NCBI GenBank assembly: GCA_947501605.1
Contig: CANMWZ010000007.1
Span: 1 to 64,000, forward strand
Length of the DNA: 64,000 nt
Source: Planctomycetota bacterium
GTDB taxonomy: Bacteria; Planctomycetota; UBA1135; UBA2386
Reading direction: 5' to 3'
Under the pieces are notes generated by a model. It had not been told where the DNA came from, made no database searches, and saw only the letters and a list, made by a program, of their open reading frames with translations. Shown here piece by piece: positions 49,010 to 59,365 of this stretch. A program made the translations under genes and the position numbers. The first letter of the stretch is position 1; each line of letters begins with the position of its first letter.

Positions 49010-51631
49010 ATGGACGAGCAGAAACAGACCTACGACCCCGCTGCGATCGAACCGCGTTGGCAGCAGTTCTGGCAGGAGCGCAAGGTGTTCCGCACGCCGA
49101 ACCCCGGCGACCGCGACTTCGACCCCAAGAAGCCGAAGTTCTACGTGCTCGACATGTTCCCGTATCCGTCGGGTGCTGGGCTGCATGTCGGCCACCCCGA
49201 GGGCTACACCGCGACCGACATCGTCGCGCGCTACCAACGGCAGAAGGGCTGCAACGTTCTCCACCCCATGGGCTGGGACGCGTTCGGTCTGCCGGCCGAG
49301 CAGTATGCGATCCAGACCAACACGCATCCGGCGGTCGCGACCAAGAAGAACATCGACAACTTCCGTCGCCAGTTGCAGCGACTCGGCTTCAGCTACGACT
49401 GGGATCGCGAGATCAGCACAGCGGACCCGAAGTACTTCCTGTGGACGCAGTGGATCTGGAAGCAACTCCACGCCCGCGGACTCGCCTACGAGTCGAATGC
49501 GCCGGTTTGGTGGTGCGAAGCGCTCGGCACGGTCCTCGCCAACGACGAGGTTATCAACGGCAAGAGCGAGCGCGGTGACCATCCATGCGAGCGGCGGCCG
49601 CTGCGTCAGTGGGTGCTCAAGATCACCGACTACGCCGAGCGCCTCCTCGCCGATCTCGATCGCGTCGACTGGTCCGATGCGATGAAGGCGATGCAGCGTG
49701 AGTGGATCGGCAAGAGTGAAGGGGCCGAGATCGACTTCCTCGTGCATGGCCACGTCGGCACGAAGGTGAGGGTGTTCACGACGCGGCCCGACACGCTGTT
49801 CGGGGCGTCGTTCATGGTGCTCTCACCTGAGCATCCTCTGGTCGCTTCGCTCACGACGCCGCAGCAGAAGGCGCAGGTCGAAGGCTACTTGCGGGCAGCG
49901 GCGGCCAAAAGCGAGCTGGAGCGCACCGAACTCAGCAAGGACAAGACCGGCGTGTTCACCGGCGCCTATGCGCAGAACCCGCTGTTCTTGGACGGCGACG
50001 CGCGCGGTCGCATCCCCATCTGGATCGCCGACTACGTGATCGTCACCTATGGCACCGGCGCGATCATGGCCGTGCCTGCTGGCGACGAGCGTGACTTTGC
50101 CTTCGCCAAGAAGTTCGCGCTGGCGATTCCGGGCATCTTCGCGCCGCAGACCGCAGACGAGGCGACGGATGCAGCCATCGCCAGCGGCGCCCAGTGCTGC
50201 ACCGACGAAGTGCCGTTCGCGGCGCATTGCACCAGCGCCGACGGCAAGGTTGCGCTGGCCGGCTTGTCGATGCCGGAAGCCAAGCGTGCGGTGATCGACT
50301 ACTTGCAGCAGCGCGGGATCGGCGTGCAGAAGGTGACCTACCGCCTGCGCGACTGGTTGTTCAGTCGACAGCGCTACTGGGGCGAACCGTTCCCGGTGTT
50401 GCACACCAAGGACGGCGTCGAGCTCGTGCCCGACTCGCAACTTCCCGTTCTGTTGCCGCACATGGACGACTTCAAGCCCGGCGGCGTGCCGGAGTCGCCG
50501 CTGATCCGCGCCCGCGCCTGGGTCGAGACCAAGGACCAGAGCGCAAGGCCGGCGCAGCGTGAGATCAACACGATGCCCGGCGCGGCCGGGTCGAGCTGGT
50601 ACTTCTTGCGTTTCTGCGATCCGCACAACGAACGCGAGTTCTGCAGTCGCGCCGCGAGTGACTACTGGTTGCCGGTCGATCTCTATGTCGGTGGCACCGA
50701 GCACGCCGTGGGCCACCTGCTCTACTCGCGCTTCTGGACCAAGGTGTTGCACGACCAAGGTCTGGTGCGGCACCAAGAGCCGTTCTTGAAGCTCTACAAC
50801 CAAGGCATGATCCAGGCGTTTGCGTTCCAGGACGCGCGTGGCGCAGTGGTCCCGACAGCGCTGACGAAGGAGCAGGGCGACGAGGTCGTGCACGCCGAGA
50901 GCGGCGAGAAACTCACCCGCATCGTCACCAAGATGAGCAAGCGCTACGGCAACGTCATCAACCCCGATGACGTGGTGAACGAGTACGGCGCCGACACGCT
51001 GCGGCTGTACGAGATGTACATGGGGCCGCTCGCCGACAGCAAGCCCTGGAATCCCAAGGACGTGCCCGGCGTGCACCGCTTCCTCGGTCGCGTCTGGCGC
51101 CTGTGCGTCCCCGAGGACTTTGCGATCGGCGCGGTTCACGCGCACCTGCATCAGGACCGCGACAGCGATCCAGAACTCGAGAAGGCGCTGCACCGCTGCA
51201 TTGCCAAGGTCGAGGGCGATATCGGTCGCATGGCGTTCAACACCGCGATTTCCTCGATGATGATCTTCGTCAACGAGGCGACCAAGCGACCAGACGCGTT
51301 GTCGCGCGGCCAGTTGCTCCGCTTCGTGCAGATCCTGTCGCCGTTTGCGCCGCATCTCGCGGAGGAGCTCTGGCAGCGCCTCGGTGGGGCGGAGCTTCTG
51401 GCGTATGCGAAGTGGCCGTCGTTCGATGCCAAGCTGCTGGTCGACGACGAGGTCGAGATCGCCGTCCAGATCCTCGGCAAGGTTCGGGGCCGCGCGGTCG
51501 TAGCGACCAATGCCGACCAGGCCACCATGGTCGCGGCCGCGAAGGCTGCAGTGGCGCAGCACCTCGAAGGCAAGACGATCGTGAAGGAGATCGTGGTGCC
51601 GAAGAAGCTGGTCAACTTCGTCGTGAAGTAG
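49010..51631 (+). CDS. leuS: Leucine--tRNA ligase
   Basis: MFPYPSGAGLHVGH, FTTRPDT, GTGAIMAVP, DWLFSRQRYWG and KMSKR motifs. Confidence 0.97.
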   Translation: MDEQKQTYDPAAIEPRWQQFWQERKVFRTPNPGDRDFDPKKPKFYVLDMFPYPSGAGLHVGHPEGYTATDIVARYQRQKGCNVLHPMGWDAFGLPAEQYAIQTNTHPAVATKKNIDNFRRQLQRLGFSYDWDREISTADPKYFLWTQWIWKQLHARGLAYESNAPVWWCEALGTVLANDEVINGKSERGDHPCERRPLRQWVLKITDYAERLLADLDRVDWSDAMKAMQREWIGKSEGAEIDFLVHGHVGTKVRVFTTRPDTLFGASFMVLSPEHPLVASLTTPQQKAQVEGYLRAAAAKSELERTELSKDKTGVFTGAYAQNPLFLDGDARGRIPIWIADYVIVTYGTGAIMAVPAGDERDFAFAKKFALAIPGIFAPQTADEATDAAIASGAQCCTDEVPFAAHCTSADGKVALAGLSMPEAKRAVIDYLQQRGIGVQKVTYRLRDWLFSRQRYWGEPFPVLHTKDGVELVPDSQLPVLLPHMDDFKPGGVPESPLIRARAWVETKDQSARPAQREINTMPGAAGSSWYFLRFCDPHNEREFCSRAASDYWLPVDLYVGGTEHAVGHLLYSRFWTKVLHDQGLVRHQEPFLKLYNQGMIQAFAFQDARGAVVPTALTKEQGDEVVHAESGEKLTRIVTKMSKRYGNVINPDDVVNEYGADTLRLYEMYMGPLADSKPWNPKDVPGVHRFLGRVWRLCVPEDFAIGAVHAHLHQDRDSDPELEKALHRCIAKVEGDIGRMAFNTAISSMMIFVNEATKRPDALSRGQLLRFVQILSPFAPHLAEELWQRLGGAELLAYAKWPSFDAKLLVDDEVEIAVQILGKVRGRAVVATNADQATMVAAAKAAVAQHLEGKTIVKEIVVPKKLVNFVVK

Positions 51632-51740
51632 GCGCCTCACCGGGGCAGCGTCGCGCCATCGACGCGACGCGGCGGCTGAGTCGAAGCCACTGCTTCGAGT
51701 TTTTTTGCACCCTCTCGGCGCCGCCGTGGATTCTGTCCAT

Positions 51741-52256
51741 GTGGCCGAACCCAGGACCATCGCCGAGCAGGACGTGACGCGCCTCGTGCAAGTGCACCAG
51801 GTGGCGGTCTGGCGCTATCTGCGCTACCTCGGCGCGACTGCGGAGCTTGCCGATGACCTCGTGCAGGAGTCCTTCTTGCAGTTGCTGCGGTCGCCGTACG
51901 AAGATCGCGGCGATGCTGCGTGCGCGGCATGGCTTCGCACGGTCGCGCGCAATCTGTACGTGAAGTCGTTCCGGCGCCCGCCGTTCGAGGCCGCCGAGCT
52001 CGATCAGATCGAGGCGGCCTGGGCGACCTTCGCTGAGGACGACAGCGGCGACGAGCGACTACGTCGGTTGCAAGCGTGTCTCGAACACCTCGACGGGCGA
52101 GCGCGACAGGTCGTGCGGCTGCACTACGAAGAACGGCGCTCGCGCCGCGACATCGGCATGCGTCTTGGCATCGGCGAGGACGGGGTCAAGTCGCTGTTGC
52201 GGCGAACGCGCACCGTGCTGCGCGCCTGCATCGAACGGAAGGGAGAGGGAGCATGA
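51741..52256 (+). CDS. ECF sigma-70 family RNA polymerase sigma factor
   Basis: ADDLVQESFL and WLRTVARN (region 2). VVRLHY..SRRDIG..GVKSLLRR (region 4). Confidence 0.9.
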   Translation: MAEPRTIAEQDVTRLVQVHQVAVWRYLRYLGATAELADDLVQESFLQLLRSPYEDRGDAACAAWLRTVARNLYVKSFRRPPFEAAELDQIEAAWATFAEDDSGDERLRRLQACLEHLDGRARQVVRLHYEERRSRRDIGMRLGIGEDGVKSLLRRTRTVLRACIERKGEGA

Positions 52257-53971
52257 ACGAGTCTCACGATCGCGACGATGCGCCGCAGGCCTGGGCCGAT
52301 CGGGCCATCGACTCGGCGCTGTACGAGTTGCACGGGAGCAAGCCGCCGGACCTGTCGACCCGCGTGCTGCAAGCGCTTCGCGAGTCACCGCGCGGGCCGT
52401 TGCCCGCACTCTTGCCATCCGGGCGCCGCGAAGCGCGCGCCGGGCAACGGACACTCGCCGCGTCGGTCGCGCTGCTGTTCGTCTTGGCCACGACTTGGTG
52501 GGCGGTATCGGCATGGTCCGGCCACGAGGACCTCCGCAATGCCGATCGGCTGTCGGCGGTGCTCGAATTGGGTGTCGTGCGCGGTGACTTCGAGTGCATC
52601 GAAGTCGTCGAGGTGCTCGGGGTTCCGAGCCCTCGTTCTGAAGTGGTGCTTGCTGGATCCACGGGTTCGTTCACGGCGCGCGCCGGCAATCGCCTGCGCA
52701 GCGCAGGCTCGTCGTTGGCCCGTTTGGGGCCGTTTGGCGCAATCGAGGTCAGTCCTGGTACGGAGTTGGAGGTTCGTTCGATGGAGTTGTCGTTGAAGCA
52801 AGGTGTGGTGGTCGCGTCGGCATTGACGCTGTCTGTCGTCGTTGGCGTCGTGACGTGGCATTCGCTGACGCGCGGAGAGACGGTCCAAGCGGGCGAGTCC
52901 GTCCGCATGGAGGCTGGTCCCGAGAGCAACGCGTCGCTCGTCGCGGAGAACTCGGCCTTGCGCCAGCGGCTCGATGAGCTCGAACGGGAGCGCACCGAGA
53001 TCAGCGCGGAGGCGCAGCGAACGAAGGCCACCCCAGAGCCGGTTGCTCTGAAGGCCGACATGCCTGTCGATGCGGCTCCGACTCCGGCGCAGGGCGCGCT
53101 GTTCTCGGACGAGCGTTATCCAGGCCTCGACTCGATCGACTGGAGCACCGTCGGCACCGTGACCAGTGAGATGGGGCCAATGCTGGTGCAGTTGATGGTG
53201 GAGATGGAGAAGACGGGCGAGATGTCTACCGAGCTCGCGGTCAAGATCCAGGCGCTCAACAGCAAGCTGGTCGAGCAGGTGCCGGCGATGCTGAAGGCAG
53301 GCATGCCGGGCTTCGGTCCAAACGGCGCCTACACCCATCCGCTCGTCGTGGCCAATGTGTTGGGTGCGACACTGCAGGCGTCTGGTCAGCCACTCAATGA
53401 CTCGCAGCGCGCAGCGATCGCAGGGTTGGCGCGTGCTTTCGGTGTCGAGAACCAAGGCATCGCTGATCAGTCGCGCGAGTTCGAACTCGAACACCTGATG
53501 GCGGAGTCGGAGATGAAGGACCGCTTCTACCAGGAGGTCTCGACGCTGCTGACGCCGGAGCAGTTTGCGCAGGTCTACCCGAACGGCGCTACCGGTTACG
53601 ACGGTGTGAGTCTGTTCAGCTCCAGCTTGATGACGCGGCCGTACAGCGAACCCGTGCCCGCTAGCAACGCCGGGGACTTTGCGCGCATCGCCAGCAACAA
53701 GATTGGCGAGCAACTGGGTCTCGACGAATCGACGTCGCGGCAGGTGCGGTCGGTGGTGGAACGCATGGCCAGCGCGGCACCGGAGCTGTGGCGCGACAAG
53801 GGCACTGCAGTGGAAACCAAGCTGCGCATGCTGAAGTCGGGCCGCACGCCGGCGGCAATGCGTCAGCAGTTGGCGATCATGCGTGAGATCCAGCGTCAGG
53901 TGCCGCTGACTGCCGAGCAGAAGCGCCAGTTGTCGTCGATGAAGCACGTGCTGGTTCCGCTGCCGCGGTAG
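52253..53971 (+). CDS. Putative membrane anti-sigma factor with a large extracytoplasmic domain
   Basis: ATGA overlap with the ECF gene. Short N-terminal helical domain (PPDLSTRVLQAL), a TM helix, then a FecR-like beta region. Confidence 0.65.
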   Translation: MNESHDRDDAPQAWADRAIDSALYELHGSKPPDLSTRVLQALRESPRGPLPALLPSGRREARAGQRTLAASVALLFVLATTWWAVSAWSGHEDLRNADRLSAVLELGVVRGDFECIEVVEVLGVPSPRSEVVLAGSTGSFTARAGNRLRSAGSSLARLGPFGAIEVSPGTELEVRSMELSLKQGVVVASALTLSVVVGVVTWHSLTRGETVQAGESVRMEAGPESNASLVAENSALRQRLDELERERTEISAEAQRTKATPEPVALKADMPVDAAPTPAQGALFSDERYPGLDSIDWSTVGTVTSEMGPMLVQLMVEMEKTGEMSTELAVKIQALNSKLVEQVPAMLKAGMPGFGPNGAYTHPLVVANVLGATLQASGQPLNDSQRAAIAGLARAFGVENQGIADQSREFELEHLMAESEMKDRFYQEVSTLLTPEQFAQVYPNGATGYDGVSLFSSSLMTRPYSEPVPASNAGDFARIASNKIGEQLGLDESTSRQVRSVVERMASAAPELWRDKGTAVETKLRMLKSGRTPAAMRQQLAIMREIQRQVPLTAEQKRQLSSMKHVLVPLPR

Positions 53972-54048
53972 CGCCGCCGCCGCTCTGCGCGAGAGGGAGA
54001 GGATTGCGCCCCTTCTGCCTCTCGCCCGCGCAGCTATGCTGCGCCGTC

Positions 54049-56805
54049 GTGCGCACGCTTCCCCTCGCCGTGTTTGCGGCCGTCCTCGCCGCCTTCGCCG
54101 CTGCCGCGGTTCGAGCCCAGGACAGAACAGCGACCGCCGCCACCGACTGGTGGGCGTACCGTCCGCTCGTGCGACCAGTGGTGCCCAACGTTGGTGTGCA
54201 CCCCTTCGTCCGCACGGATCTCGATCGCTTCGTGCTGCACGACCTGCGCGCGCAAGGCCTCGAGCCGTCACCGCCCGCGTCACGCGCCGCGCTGATCCGC
54301 CGTCTGACCTTTGATCTGACCGGACTGCCGCCCACGCCCGAGGACGTCGCCGCGTTCGTGCAGGACCAGCGCGACGCGGCCTATGCCGAGCTCGTCGATC
54401 GACTGCTGGCCTCGCCGCAGTACGGCGTGAAGTGGGGACGGCACTGGCTCGATCTCGTGCGCTATGCCGAGACCAACAGCTTTGAACGCGACAGCGTGAA
54501 GCCGGCGGTGTGGCGCTACCGCGACTGGGTCGTCGACGCCTTCAACTCCGATCTCCCCTACGGTGAGTTCCTGACGCAGCAACTCGCTGGCGACGAGATC
54601 GAAGGCGGCCCGGTGTCGGCGTTGGTCGCGACGGGTTTCTATCGCCTCGGCTTGTGGGACGACGAACCGACCGAGCCACTGCAAGCCGTCTACGACGACT
54701 TCGACAGCATTGCGGACACGGCGGCGCGATCGATGCTGGCGATGTCCATGGGCTGCGCCCGCTGCCACGACCACAAGAAGGACCCGATCAAGGCCAAGGA
54801 CTACTACGCCTTCCTGTCGTTCTTCGAGGGCTTGGCGCCGTACCGCCCCACGAGCGGCGGCACCGGTCTGTCGGTCGAGCACTTCGCGCGCCGGGTGCCG
54901 CCAGACGGCGCGCTCGCGGCGTTCGAGCAGCAACGCGCGGCGTTCCTCAGCAAGCGCAGCGACGACACCGCGCGCATCATGAGCTTGGCGGCCGAGGACT
55001 ATGGGCGTCTCGACGCCGTGGCGCGGGTGCAGCGGCTCCGGCGCGAGCGCGGCTCGCTGGTCGCTCGCTACGCGCTGGATCGCAGTGACTCGAGCAAATG
55101 GCTCGATGAGGTGGCGGGGCAACACGGCTTGGTCGAGGGTCAAGTCGTGCCGGTCGAGGGCCACCGCGGTTTGGGTGGGCGATTCGATGGCGACGATTGC
55201 GTCGTCCTGCCGTTGCTGGTGCACGATTCGTTCACGATCACTCTGCGGCTCAAGACAACGCACCATGGGCCTGGGCGCGAAGACGACCAGCGTTGGTTCA
55301 CGGGAACTGGCCTCGTCGATGGCGAGGTTTCGGGGATCGTGCGCGACTTCGGCCTTGCCTGGCATGACGACGGCAGGGTGGTGGCTGGTACCGGGGATCC
55401 CGAGACGTTCGTCTCCGGACCGTCCGGCTATGCCGATGGACAGTGGCACCACGTCGCGTTCACGCGCGATCGCGGCACGGGGCGCATCGGTCTCTACTGC
55501 GATGGCGTCTTGGTCGACGAGGCCATCGGCAGCACACAGAAGCTCGACGCGCCGCCGCGGCTGGTGGTCGGCAGGATGCAGCCTGGCGGTGCGGGGTTTC
55601 GCGGCGATCTCGATGATGTCTGCTTCCATTCGCGGGCGCTCAGTGCGGCTGAAGTGTTTGCCGACGCGATGACGCTGCCCGGCGGCATCGTCGCGGCCGA
55701 GAGTGCGTCGCTGGCGGCAGCCATGAGCGTTGCCGCTGGTGGGCGGCCCCCCGAGCTCGCGACCATCGAAGTGCTGTGCGCGCGCGAACGCGGGGCCACG
55801 CCCGAGCCGAGTTTCGTGCGCGTTCGCGGCGATGCGCGGACCAAGGGCGAAGCCGTCGAGCCCGCGTTCCCCTGGGTGCTCGGAGCCGCGCCGCCGGCGA
55901 TCGTGCCGCCGAAGGACGGTCGCTCGTCGGGTCGGCGCACGGCGCTCGCTCGTTGGATCACCGCCGCCGACAACCAGCTGACCTGGCGCGTGATCGCCAA
56001 CCGGCTGTTCCAATACCACATGGGTCGCGGAATCGTGCGCTCCGCCAACGATTTTGGCCGCCTCGGAGACCTGCCGACGCATCCGCTGCTGCTCGACTGG
56101 CTCGCCTGCGAAGTCTTGGAACGGGGCCAGAGCCTGAAGGCGATGCACCGGTTGCTGGTGTCGTCGGGGACTTACATGCAGGCGTGCGCGCCCGATGACG
56201 CAAAGTTCCGCACGGATCCGCTGAACGATCGGCTGTGGCGATTCGATCGGCGGCGGCTCACAGCCGAAGAAGTGCGCGACTCGATGCTCGCGGTCGCCGG
56301 TGTCATCAACGTGGAGCTCGGTGGCGAGAGCGTTTTCCCGCCACTGCCGCCGGCGGTGCTGGCGACGGCATCGCGCCCCGACGAAGCCTGGGGAACGGCC
56401 ACCAAAGAGCAGGCCGCCCGCCGCAGTCTCTACGTGCACGTGAAGCGCTCGTTGCTCGAGCCGTTGCTGTCGGGGTTCGACATGGCGGATACCGACTCGT
56501 CGTGCCCGGTGCGCTACGCGACGGTGCAGCCAACGCAGGCGTTGATGCTGTTGAACGGCGATTTCGCCCACCAGACGGCGCGACAGTTTGCCGAGCGGTT
56601 GCAGCGCGAGTCCTCGGACGTGCGCGCTCGCGTCGAGCGAGGCCTCTGGCTCGCTTTGCAGCGCCCGCCAGTCGAGTCCGATGTGGAACGGTTGTGCGCG
56701 CTAGCAGCCGACCTGCAGCGGGACTTCGGCAAGACAGAAGCAGAAGCACTGCAGCGTGTGTGTCTCCTGTTGCTCAACTGCAACGAGTTCCTCTACCTGG
56801 ACTGA
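54049..56805 (+). CDS. Planctomycete DUF1549/DUF1553 (PSCyt2/PSD1) protein with a LamG-like insert
   Basis: LIRRLTFDLTGLPP, YGVKWGRHWLD, CARCHDHK, NDFG..PTHPLLLDWLA and RRLTAEEVRDSML motifs. DGQWHHVAF LamG-like insert. Confidence 0.92.
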   Translation: MRTLPLAVFAAVLAAFAAAAVRAQDRTATAATDWWAYRPLVRPVVPNVGVHPFVRTDLDRFVLHDLRAQGLEPSPPASRAALIRRLTFDLTGLPPTPEDVAAFVQDQRDAAYAELVDRLLASPQYGVKWGRHWLDLVRYAETNSFERDSVKPAVWRYRDWVVDAFNSDLPYGEFLTQQLAGDEIEGGPVSALVATGFYRLGLWDDEPTEPLQAVYDDFDSIADTAARSMLAMSMGCARCHDHKKDPIKAKDYYAFLSFFEGLAPYRPTSGGTGLSVEHFARRVPPDGALAAFEQQRAAFLSKRSDDTARIMSLAAEDYGRLDAVARVQRLRRERGSLVARYALDRSDSSKWLDEVAGQHGLVEGQVVPVEGHRGLGGRFDGDDCVVLPLLVHDSFTITLRLKTTHHGPGREDDQRWFTGTGLVDGEVSGIVRDFGLAWHDDGRVVAGTGDPETFVSGPSGYADGQWHHVAFTRDRGTGRIGLYCDGVLVDEAIGSTQKLDAPPRLVVGRMQPGGAGFRGDLDDVCFHSRALSAAEVFADAMTLPGGIVAAESASLAAAMSVAAGGRPPELATIEVLCARERGATPEPSFVRVRGDARTKGEAVEPAFPWVLGAAPPAIVPPKDGRSSGRRTALARWITAADNQLTWRVIANRLFQYHMGRGIVRSANDFGRLGDLPTHPLLLDWLACEVLERGQSLKAMHRLLVSSGTYMQACAPDDAKFRTDPLNDRLWRFDRRRLTAEEVRDSMLAVAGVINVELGGESVFPPLPPAVLATASRPDEAWGTATKEQAARRSLYVHVKRSLLEPLLSGFDMADTDSSCPVRYATVQPTQALMLLNGDFAHQTARQFAERLQRESSDVRARVERGLWLALQRPPVESDVERLCALAADLQRDFGKTEAEALQRVCLLLLNCNEFLYLD

Positions 56806-56810
56806 CGCCG

Positions 56811-58277
56811 ATGACCTTCCCCGACCCTCGCAACACGTTTTGCGGCCGTACTCGCCGCGAGTTCCTGTGGCAGCTCGGCGCCGGCTTCGGCTCGCTGCCG
56901 CTGCTCGACCTGCTGGCTGCGGATGCCCGGCGCGATGGCCGCGGTTCGTCGCTGGTGCTGCCGCACGGGGACCCGATGGCGCCAAAGCAGCCGCATTTTG
57001 CACCGCGCGCCAAGGCTGTGATCTTCCTGTTCATGTACGGCGGCCCGAGCCAGGTGGACACGTTCGACTACAAACCAAAGCTCTACCCGCTCGATGGCAA
57101 GACCATCGACATCGACACCAAGGGCCGCGGCGGCAGCAAGCGCCAAGGGCGCGTCGTCGGGCCGAAGTGGAACTTCAAGCCCTACGGCCAGTGCGGCAAA
57201 CACGTGTCGGACCTGTTCCCGCACCTTGCGCACTGCGTCGACGACCTCGCGTTCGTGCACAGCATGTATGCCGAGTCGCCGCTGCACGGCTCGGCGATGT
57301 TGATGATGAACAGCGGTCGCATCCTGACCGGCGCGCCGTGTCTGGGCAGTTGGGCGACCTACGGCCTCGGCACGCAGAACCAGAACCTGCCTGGCTTCGT
57401 TGTCATGCTCGACAAGACTGGTGGCCCGATCAGCGGTGCCAAGAACTGGAGCAGCGGCTTCATGCCGGCGGTCTACCAGGGGACCGTCCTCCGCCCGCAC
57501 GGCGAGCCGATCCTCGACCTCGACGTGCAAGAAGGCATGTCCACTGCCGAGCAGCGACGCATCCTCGACGCGCTGCGGGAGCAGAACGAGTCGCACGCAG
57601 CCGTGCGGCACGACGACACCGAGCTGGCGGCGCGCATCCACAGCTACGAACTCGCCTATCGCATGCAATCGAACGCCCCCGAGGCGATCGACCTCGCGAG
57701 CGAGAGCGCCGCGACGCGAACGATGTACGGGCTCGATGATCCGCGAACGCAGGACTTCGCGCAGAAGTGCATCCTGGCCAGGCGGCTGGTGGAGCGCGGC
57801 GTGCGCTTCATCCAGATCTACTCCGGCGGCAATCACAACGATCACAACTGGGATGCACATGGCGATCTGGTCCTGAACCACACCCTGCATGCGGGCGCCA
57901 CGGACAAGCCCATCGCCGGCCTACTCGCGGATCTGAAGCAGCGCGGTCTGCTCGACTCGACGATCGTGGTCTGGGGCGGAGAGTTCGGGCGACAGCCGAC
58001 GGCAGAGTATGAGCACGGCACTGGCCGCGACCACGACTCGGCCGGGTTCACCATGTGGCTCGCCGGTGGCGGCATCCGCGCCGGTGTGTCTGTCGGGGCG
58101 ACGGATGAACTCGGCTACCGCGCGGTGGAACGGCCGTTCCACGTGCGCAACCTGCACGCGACGATCCTGCGGCAGTTGGGCTTCGATGCCAATGCGCTCT
58201 CGTATTCGCACGCCGGGTTGCAGCAGAAGCTGGTGGGTGTTGCCGGGGCTGATCCGATCCACGAACTGTGCAGCTGA
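56811..58277 (+). CDS. DUF1501-domain protein (Tat-like signal)
   Basis: TRREFL, IFLFMYGGPSQVDTFDYKP, ARRLVERGVRF, WDAH and GEFGR motifs. Confidence 0.93.
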   Translation: MTFPDPRNTFCGRTRREFLWQLGAGFGSLPLLDLLAADARRDGRGSSLVLPHGDPMAPKQPHFAPRAKAVIFLFMYGGPSQVDTFDYKPKLYPLDGKTIDIDTKGRGGSKRQGRVVGPKWNFKPYGQCGKHVSDLFPHLAHCVDDLAFVHSMYAESPLHGSAMLMMNSGRILTGAPCLGSWATYGLGTQNQNLPGFVVMLDKTGGPISGAKNWSSGFMPAVYQGTVLRPHGEPILDLDVQEGMSTAEQRRILDALREQNESHAAVRHDDTELAARIHSYELAYRMQSNAPEAIDLASESAATRTMYGLDDPRTQDFAQKCILARRLVERGVRFIQIYSGGNHNDHNWDAHGDLVLNHTLHAGATDKPIAGLLADLKQRGLLDSTIVVWGGEFGRQPTAEYEHGTGRDHDSAGFTMWLAGGGIRAGVSVGATDELGYRAVERPFHVRNLHATILRQLGFDANALSYSHAGLQQKLVGVAGADPIHELCS

Positions 58278-58296
58278 GCGCGGCAGCGCCACGCGT

Positions 58297-58563
58297 TCAG
58301 TTGATGCCCGGCGGCTTCGACTCGAGTTCGCCGAGTCGTCGTTCTTGCGAGAACATGTCGAGCGCGACCATCGCCGCGATCCATCGGGCCGCGTCGTCGG
58401 GGCTGCCGCGGACCAGTTCGCGAGCGACCTGGACGAAGGCCCGGAAGGAGATCCCGGTGCCGTCCGAATGCGCCAGCAATTGCGCACCAAAGGATGCCGC
58501 CGGTTCGGCGCACAGTTGTCGCAGTGCGATTTCTGGATCGCACCAACCCTGGTTCTTGATCAC
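58297..58563 (-). CDS. Small hypothetical protein
   Basis: GAGG upstream of GTG 58563. Lies downstream of the selenoprotein gene on the same strand. No recognisable motif. Confidence 0.45.
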   Translation of the reverse strand: MIKNQGWCDPEIALRQLCAEPAASFGAQLLAHSDGTGISFRAFVQVARELVRGSPDDAARWIAAMVALDMFSQERRLGELESKPPGIN

Positions 58564-58676
58564 GCTTTCGTTCCTCGCTCACGCAGTGTCGGGGGTCTCG
58601 TGCCGCTGTCGCAAGAGCGCGGTAGTCGGCGCAAGAGAGGACGCTCGGAGGGGGGCGGTCGGGCGCCGCGGATCCG

Positions 58677-58916
58677 TCAGCGCCCTTCTCGGGTTCGCGC
58701 AAGGTCCGCCACGAAAGCAGTGTCGTCGGGGAAGTCGTGCTCGCGGTTCTTCTTGTCCCAGAGCAGGGCGCCGTCGACCGACACGCGAAAGTCGCCGCGC
58801 CCTCCTGGCATGACCTCGACCATACTGCCAGGGAAACGGGTGCGGATGGCAGCGGCCAGACCGGCCGCGCGGGGTTCGTAGTTTCAAACCGTGCAGTAGT
58901 CGATGCGGACATTCAT
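58677..58916 (-). CDS. SelT/SelW/SelH (Rdx) family selenoprotein, in-frame TGA read as Sec
   Basis: MNVRIDYCTV-U-NYEPRAAGLAAAI...GGRGDFRVSVDGALLWDKK...FPDD. CxxU motif with TGA at 58884-58886. 79 aa in total. Confidence 0.85.
58852..58868 (-). promoter_or_regulatory. Bacterial SECIS-like hairpin
   Basis: mRNA GCGGCC-GGUCU-GGCCGC begins 15 nt after the UGA. The G-containing apical loop resembles bacterial SECIS elements. Confidence 0.7.
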
Positions 58917-59365
58917 GCAATGGAGGCTACGGGCTAGCGGGGCTTTGTCGAGATCGCCAAGGGCCACGCGGCTCGGTCTTGCACTGGCGAGCGCTTGGTA
59001 CGGAGTGCTCGAACGGGGGTGCAGGCCGTGCACCATGCCGGGGCACAGGGCGGCGTAGGCTGCCGGGGTGCCGGTCCGCGAGTTCTGGCGCAGCTGGGGG
59101 CGAACGCACCGGTCCAACGGCCGCTCGGTGAAGGCTCGTACGGGAGCGTTGGTGCTGCGCACCGCGACGGCGCTTGTTGGCTGCAGCCGCCGCGGCGCAC
59201 CAACACGATTCCTCTACAGCGGCTTCGCGTTTGCCCATCCCCGTTGCCGTGCCTCGGGCGTCGACTTCGGGCGCCGACTTCGGATGCTGCCAATGCGCGG
59301 ATCGCAAGGTCCGTTGTTCGCGCCGTGGTGGCACGGCTCGTCCCGAGTAGGCTCATGCGCCGATC

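Noticed and set aside
58930..59365. Overlapping ORFs upstream of the selenoprotein gene
   Set aside because: No frame shows convincing codon bias, an RBS or motifs. Treated as divergent intergenic DNA.
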